Below are positions 36,122 through 40,474 of a DNA stretch of 40,474 nt, one piece after another. The translations under genes were made by a program, and so were the position numbers. The notes under the pieces are model-generated. The model did not search any database. It had not been told where the DNA came from and saw only the letters and a list, made by a program, of their open reading frames with translations. The stretch spans positions 1 to 40,474 of IMG/VR virus record IMGVR_UViG_3300006127_000031; one strand, written 5' to 3'. Position 1 is the first letter of the stretch; each line of letters starts with the position of its first letter. Source of the DNA: a virus. Lineage: Duplodnaviria > Caudoviricetes.

Positions 36122-36236
36122 AATACAGTATAACAGGTTTTACCAATCCTGTCAACCCCTTAATGACCCTGGCAATAGCCCGGCTTCTCGTGGGTGTTTT
36201 CCTTTAGTTTCAGTTTACAGATCAGGCAACGATACT

Positions 36237-36563
36237 TCATGCGTACTCCCGTTGGCTATAGAAGTTGATACCAGCGAGGATACGCTGATAGACTTCTCGC
36301 TTGCTCATATAGTAAGCATAATCCTTATCAGCAGGCGTAAAGTTATACCAATTGTTGGCACGGGCATTGTCTAGGATATCTTTCTCCAGGCTATAAGTCG
36401 TGTAGTGGCCTTTGAACCCGTTGATACTGTAATGGGCTATGAATCCGGAGCATAGGTACAGGAAATTGTAGCCCGTACGGTTCAGCTTTTCGATATCCTT
36501 GACGGCCCTGAGTACATTGGCAACGATAAGGTCCTGCTGTCTTTGAGTTAATGGTTCGATCAT
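36237..36563 (-). CDS. hypothetical protein (108 aa; GFIAHY motif)
   Basis: ATGA-coupled with AAGGA SD. Confidence 0.8.
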   Translation of the reverse strand: MIEPLTQRQQDLIVANVLRAVKDIEKLNRTGYNFLYLCSGFIAHYSINGFKGHYTTYSLEKDILDNARANNWYNFTPADKDYAYYMSKREVYQRILAGINFYSQREYA

Positions 36564-36685
36564 TCTGATTCCTTTACGATATAGCCCATAGATTCATAAT
36601 AGCCCCTACGAGCCGCCAACTCCCACCCTTCTAGGTACCGGGTACGGAGCAAGTGGAAGCCTGCCTGGGTATAAACACTCAGCAT
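36560..36685 (-). CDS. small hypothetical protein (41 aa)
   Basis: Not in the track; fills the gap in the operon. Confidence 0.55.
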   Translation of the reverse strand: MLSVYTQAGFHLLRTRYLEGWELAARRGYYESMGYIVKESE

Positions 36686-36687
36686 CT

Positions 36688-37398
36688 TCATGCCACTTCC
36701 TTGATACGGATTACGAAACCGCTATAGTCCTTCTTAGCACGGCCTTTGGCTTTCAAACCAATAACACCTACCTTAGGATCTAAGAAGCGCAGGTCGCTTT
36801 CATCAGCGGAGTACATGCCTTCTGGGATCTTATCATATACTGCCGCAACATTCATACCAGCCGCAAGCGCCTGCGCTACATCATTGTCATTAGACTCAGC
36901 ACGGCTAAAGGTAAGATGATAGTTTGGAATATGCGCAACCTTACGCCCTAAGACCTTAGTATAGTCATAGAACTGTACATTAGGGAACAGCTCAAAGATG
37001 TTCTCTGTACAGAACACTGGAACTTCGTACTTCTCCCAGCTCAAGTCTGAAGTACCATTCAAACGGAACACGGGGATGAAGCCTTTGCGTTCTGCTTGCT
37101 TGATGGCTTTCATGATGTCATAAGCAAGATCCAGCATAAAGCCTGCGCGATCTTCGTAGAAGTACTTGGTCTTACGCAGGCGCGCCTTCTGTATAGCATT
37201 AGTGGTCTCACCGCGCTTGAACATACCGCCACGTCCGGCAGTGTTAAGACAGCTAGCAATGCACCCTGCTGTCGCTTTAGGGCATACATTATGTCCGCTC
37301 AAGTCGCTAGGTGCAAGATGCAGGATATAGGTCATATAGCCCTGCGCTTCGCCTTTGAGCGTCTTAGGGTTGCCAGTGCTTAATAGTTTGAATGTCAT
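36688..37398 (-). CDS. GP88-family protein (Cys-cluster, radical-SAM-like)
   Basis: NPK..K, LAP, CP.AT.GC...CL, RLNGTSD..WE, FYDYTK, YHLTFS, D..DLRFLD, GL.AKG motifs. Confidence 0.8.
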   Translation of the reverse strand: MTFKLLSTGNPKTLKGEAQGYMTYILHLAPSDLSGHNVCPKATAGCIASCLNTAGRGGMFKRGETTNAIQKARLRKTKYFYEDRAGFMLDLAYDIMKAIKQAERKGFIPVFRLNGTSDLSWEKYEVPVFCTENIFELFPNVQFYDYTKVLGRKVAHIPNYHLTFSRAESNDNDVAQALAAGMNVAAVYDKIPEGMYSADESDLRFLDPKVGVIGLKAKGRAKKDYSGFVIRIKEVA

Positions 37399-37448
37399 TG
37401 CTCGCTCCTCTTAGTGTGCCTACAGTATAACACGGTTTTACCACTTTG

Positions 37449-37673
37449 TCAACCAAGCCAACAATCCCTGGCTAGCTCTGTGGTTATTTCCTCCCCACCT
37501 ATATATGCGCCCTCAAAGCCATAGGTGCTCTGTAGCGTAAGAGCCACACCCATATAGGTCTTTTTAATATCCACGATAGTACCGCATTGTTCGATATCGC
37601 TCTTAAAGCAGACTTCGTCACCGATGCCCACTGTCTGCCCATCTACTACCGCTGTCTTGTTCATGTTGATCAT
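37449..37673 (-). CDS. small SH3-like hypothetical protein (FKSDIEQCG motif)
   Basis: Promoter and SD; its stop codon lies in the next -35 box. Confidence 0.8.
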   Translation of the reverse strand: MINMNKTAVVDGQTVGIGDEVCFKSDIEQCGTIVDIKKTYMGVALTLQSTYGFEGAYIGGEEITTELARDCWLG

Positions 37674-37728
37674 ATTCGCTCCTCTCAGTGTCCGTGTAGT
37701 ATAACATAGGTTTTACCATTTGTCAACC

Positions 37729-37759
37729 AAAAAAATAGAGCACTCAAAGAGTGCCCTAG
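37729..37759 (-). terminator. rho-independent terminator
   Basis: Minus strand TAGGGCACTC-TTT-GAGTGCTCTA followed by T7. Confidence 0.85.
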
Positions 37760-37761
37760 GG

Positions 37762-37965
37762 TTATCTCAAACGGACCCAGCCGCAGAAGTTCTCGTAGTC
37801 GTATACGACATTGTCGCTATAGACTATGAGCCCGCCTATGTCCTCGCCGTCTGCTACATGAAACTCCCGTTCAAAACGCTCTGTAAGCGTCTCAATTGGG
37901 TCCTCAATGCCCTCGTAAGCATAGCGAACGCTGGGATGTGTATCGTTAATCCAATCTATATTCAT
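37762..37965 (-). CDS. acidic hypothetical early protein (67 aa)
   Basis: Promoter and GGGAG SD. Confidence 0.8.
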   Translation of the reverse strand: MNIDWINDTHPSVRYAYEGIEDPIETLTERFEREFHVADGEDIGGLIVYSDNVVYDYENFCGWVRLR

Positions 37966-38130
37966 ATAAGCTCCCTGTAGTGTTTAAAGAACGCAGTAAT
38001 AACTTCTTACTGTATGCATACAGTATAACATGATTTTACCAAACTGTCAACCCCCCAGGAAAGACCCTACAGACCACCGGGATATAGATCTAGGGGTTGA
38101 CTTTTGGTAAAACCTGTGCTATACTATATG

Positions 38131-38510
38131 CATAATAAGAAAGCAGGTAAACTGTATGAGGCGTCGATGGGACTTGTCCGGGGTGGACGTGGAGGGTGCG
38201 CGAAGGGTTTGGCCCCGGCGCTGAGGTCAAGGAAACAGGCCCAAAGGGCCCATTTCCAGTATGTGTCTCTGCTGAGGTCCAGTCCACATCCCCTGCGGTT
38301 ATTGGGTAACGAATACGTCTCAGTCCGGCTGAACACCGGCTACCGCTTCGCTTAATCGTCCGCGACAGCAAATACTCCTGCCCGGCTAGCAGAGCGTCTC
38401 TCGACGATTCTGATCACTGCCGTGTCTACGACATGTCCATTAGTCCAGTGGTCTCCAGCATGTGTTCAGCACCTGGTGTTCCTTCCCTCTGGATTCGCTT
38501 TCAGCTTAGG
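38131..38510. ncRNA. candidate large structured non-coding RNA (about 350-380 nt)
   Basis: Boxed promoter on + at 38097-38125; GC-rich; many nested helices; no credible ORF. Confidence 0.6.
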
Positions 38511-38518
38511 GTTTAACT

Positions 38519-38593
38519 TGGTGGGCCCTGAAAGAGTCGAACTTTCTTCTGACGATTATGAGTCGCCGGCATCTACCGATATGCTAAAGGCCC
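38519..38593 (-). tRNA. tRNA-Ile2 (CAU anticodon, lysidine type), CCA encoded
   Basis: Cloverleaf GGGCCTT/AGGGCCC-A-CCA, D stem GCAT/ATGC, anticodon arm GGCGA-CTCATAA-TCGTC, T arm GAAAG-TTCGACT-CTTTC; resembles bacterial ileX more than tRNA-Met; extended -10 TGCTATAAT at 38602-38610. Confidence 0.92.
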
Positions 38594-38613
38594 TATATGT
38601 TATTATAGCAGGT

Positions 38614-39615
38614 TTACTTGCGTAATCCTAGACTCGCCTGTAGCTGTTGTGCGGCATTGAGCTTTTTCACATGCTCGTTCTGCCCTTGCTTGGTAGCACT
38701 CATAAAGCTGGTAGGAACCCCACCCTTGGTCTGCCCAAAGGGTGTGTAGGTTTGCCCTGAGCCCGCACCATTGGGTTTTTGGCTAGACTCCTGCTGACCT
38801 GCAACGGGGTTTTGCTGTGGTGCACGATTCAACCCTGTGTCCGCTAGTGAACCCACTTGTTGACCCGCTGGATCCGCTACATCGACGAACTCCCACGGCC
38901 CTAGCAGTACTGGATTGCCATCTACACGGCGATTCCACTTGCGTAGGTAAAACAGTTCAGGCCCCGTCCATAGCTTGAGCTGATCGATCAGGTTAGCGAA
39001 CACTGAGTCAATGAGGATACACTGTTCCGCACCCTCGATGATCTTGAGCCAATCGAATACGCTATCAGTGATCTCGGTAATCTCTATCAGCTGTACATCT
39101 GGCTCGATCATAGATAAGTCTATGTCATAGCGCAGGTCACTGGCTTGATTCTGGTAAACCATGTAACGGGGTTTTTGTACTAGTTGCTTATACAGTGCGT
39201 CCTCACGGGCAGGATCCCGTACTATACAGCGATCTAGTTCCCACTTTAGACTGAACGGTAAATTCATAGCCGCATACTTGTACTGATCGAACTTGCACTG
39301 TGCGAACAGGCTAGGGTTGGTCTTCTCTGGATGTGAGCTGAGATACTGATATAACCATAGTATATCCGCCTCAGCAATGCCTAGTGCCCGCAACTGTTTA
39401 ACGGGGTTTTCATAAAAGAACTCGCCTCTCTCATCTACGGGCACAGCCAACCATGAAACCCAGGGAGCGGCCCGCATCATCTGCTCATAAAAGGGCTCAC
39501 ATACGGGCCAATAGACTTCATAGCCCTGGTCCTTGTAATGTCGAGCGATTGGTAGTGCTATAATGATATCACCAAGTCCTCGACTCTGTATGATACCTAC
39601 TTTGTTGTTCTGCAT
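38614..39615 (-). CDS. GT9-like glycosyltransferase with a disordered Q/G-rich C-terminal tail
   Basis: IIQSRGLGDIIIALPIA..Y...GYEV.W and DWLKIIEGA...ILIDS motifs. Confidence 0.75.
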   Translation of the reverse strand: MQNNKVGIIQSRGLGDIIIALPIARHYKDQGYEVYWPVCEPFYEQMMRAAPWVSWLAVPVDERGEFFYENPVKQLRALGIAEADILWLYQYLSSHPEKTNPSLFAQCKFDQYKYAAMNLPFSLKWELDRCIVRDPAREDALYKQLVQKPRYMVYQNQASDLRYDIDLSMIEPDVQLIEITEITDSVFDWLKIIEGAEQCILIDSVFANLIDQLKLWTGPELFYLRKWNRRVDGNPVLLGPWEFVDVADPAGQQVGSLADTGLNRAPQQNPVAGQQESSQKPNGAGSGQTYTPFGQTKGGVPTSFMSATKQGQNEHVKKLNAAQQLQASLGLRK

Positions 39616-39617
39616 AC

Positions 39618-39812
39618 TTAACACCTTTCTGGATATTGTGAACAGTACTTACCGCCCCATCCATCAGGTGCCCGTACATATTGACGCTGTTGCCCAGAGT
39701 ACGGACACACATCCCACGTACGACACTGCGGATAATAGCGAGCTATCTGCATGTCAGCACAACCTGTAAGAGCTAGTATACAACTTAAAGTGAAAAGATA
39801 TACTATACGCAT
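39618..39812 (-). CDS. small lipoprotein (64 aa)
   Basis: Signal peptide with lipobox LTGC. Confidence 0.7.
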   Translation of the reverse strand: MRIVYLFTLSCILALTGCADMQIARYYPQCRTWDVCPYSGQQRQYVRAPDGWGGKYCSQYPERC

Positions 39813-39946
39813 ACTAGCTGTACGAGCCTTTCTCCATACTGGCTTTCAGCTATGAGACGGGCTTCATTGTAGTTGAGAGCACGTATAGTGACTGTGTTAA
39901 CACCGCCCCATAGAGTCTTTACACTGGCTTGATATGTATTGTTCAT
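39803..39946 (-). CDS. small hypothetical protein (47 aa, MNNTYQASV...)
   Basis: Not in the track; ATG 7 nt after TATAAT; A.N..EA...AE.QYG motif. Confidence 0.65.
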   Translation of the reverse strand: MNNTYQASVKTLWGGVNTVTIRALNYNEARLIAESQYGERLVQLVCV

Positions 39947-40172
39947 AGTATATATTATACTGGTATTACCGTAGAAAGTCAATCAGATATGGTCCAAAAC
40001 GGTGAAGATTGGTGGAGTTACGGTGGGGGATTCTGGCGGATTTGGCACCAAAATGGACAGTTTTTGGTGAATTTTAGGTAAAAAAATTTTGGAAGGGTGG
40101 ACGGGTGACAGGCTATAATAGAATACTTTCTGTTATATTACCATCTTTTCTAACGTTTCACTAGCGTGAGAT

Positions 40173-40454
40173 CTATCCCCACAAGCTCGCTAGAGCTCTA
40201 GTTATAGTGCCACCTGTTAGACTGTTTACTGCGCTCAGTACACCCAACAGTAAAGCGATCAAGCCTACGCCCTTGTAGCGTTTGAGTCTTTCTTCCTGCT
40301 CACTTATAGTTGAGTCTTTACTAGCCACTAGCTGTTTTAGGTCACTGACTTCTTGCTTGTACAGTCTGCGTTCTTCTAGTGCTCGAGTTTCTACTACATG
40401 TACCAGTTCGGCAGCCAGCTGATCTACTGAGTCTATATCGTGTGGTTTTTTCAT
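40173..40454 (-). CDS. coiled-coil protein with a C-terminal TM helix (93 aa)
   Basis: SD GAGGAGCG; hydrophobic C-terminus. Confidence 0.75.
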   Translation of the reverse strand: MKKPHDIDSVDQLAAELVHVVETRALEERRLYKQEVSDLKQLVASKDSTISEQEERLKRYKGVGLIALLLGVLSAVNSLTGGTITRALASLWG

Positions 40455-40474
40455 TGGCTTCGCTCCTCATAGTG

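Larger units (their letters stand above)
27242..39982 (-). repeat. dispersed family of about 21 near-consensus sigma70 early promoters (GGTTGACA-17-TATAAT/TATACT), most followed by an ACAC-rich leader and AAGGAGCGA SD
   Basis: -10..-35 spans at 27242-27270, 27710-27738, 27986-28014, 28412-28440, 28585-28613, 30189-30217, 30974-31002, 31368-31396, 32015-32043, 32479-32507, 32752-32780, 34382-34410, 35276-35304, 35913-35941, 36127-36155, 37424-37452, 37698-37726, 38022-38050, 39954-39982 (all minus) and 38097-38125 (plus). Confidence 0.92.

Noticed and set aside
27710-38125. CRISPR array or attC-type cassette array suggested by the recurring 30-bp repeat
   Set aside because: The repeats are -35/-10 promoters separated by whole genes of variable length; no constant spacers, cas genes, integrase or attC-like hairpins
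38158-38400. RNase P RNA (GTCCGGG/CCCGGC resembles P4; GAGGCG/CGTCTC resembles P1) or tmRNA
   Set aside because: No GAGGAAAGUCC, no room for P2/P3, no ACAGAA before CCCGGC, and no tRNA-like ends or tag peptide
38440-38518. Theta/HDV-like ribozyme at the tRNA 3' end
   Set aside because: Could not build P1-P3/P1.1 from the trailer; the tRNA already encodes CCA
1-40474. Stop-codon reassignment as in some large phages
   Set aside because: Core genes are full length in code 11, and TAG, TGA and TAA all terminate genes cleanly before promoters or coupled starts

Overview
A fragment of a large tailed dsDNA phage genome with T4-like (Tevenvirinae-type) gene content. The host is probably a Gram-negative bacterium: sigma70 promoters, AAGGAG ribosome-binding sites, YqgE/AlgH and GT9 glycosyltransferases. 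The standard genetic code is used. 1-19,976: an AT-rich, mostly + strand core block for packaging and head assembly (gp4-like, TerS, TerL, probable internal head proteins) and for replication and recombination (gp32, UvsX, UvsY, UvsW, gp62, a 191-aa miniature DnaE-type polymerase, primase, helicase), followed by YqgE and a nucleotidyltransferase. About 20,000-25,900: a tail fibre and accessory genes (glutaredoxin-like, MaoC-like, GT9, DUF2061). About 26,000-40,474: a minus-strand early/host-takeover region of about 40 small genes, almost all with their own near-consensus sigma70 promoter. The most striking non-coding features are: (i) a quasi-palindromic GGTAAAACC box inside the spacer of 12 of these promoters, plus 4 variants, which slides in position and is sometimes inverted; (ii) a second TGT-N12-ACA box; (iii) two promoters of this class that drive structured RNAs rather than proteins (about 35.95-36.12 kb and 38.13-38.51 kb, the latter next to a tRNA-Ile2); (iv) late promoters (TAAATA) placed 5-7 nt before ATG with no SD, implying leaderless late mRNAs. 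All protein calls come from motif recognition by eye; no database searches were run.
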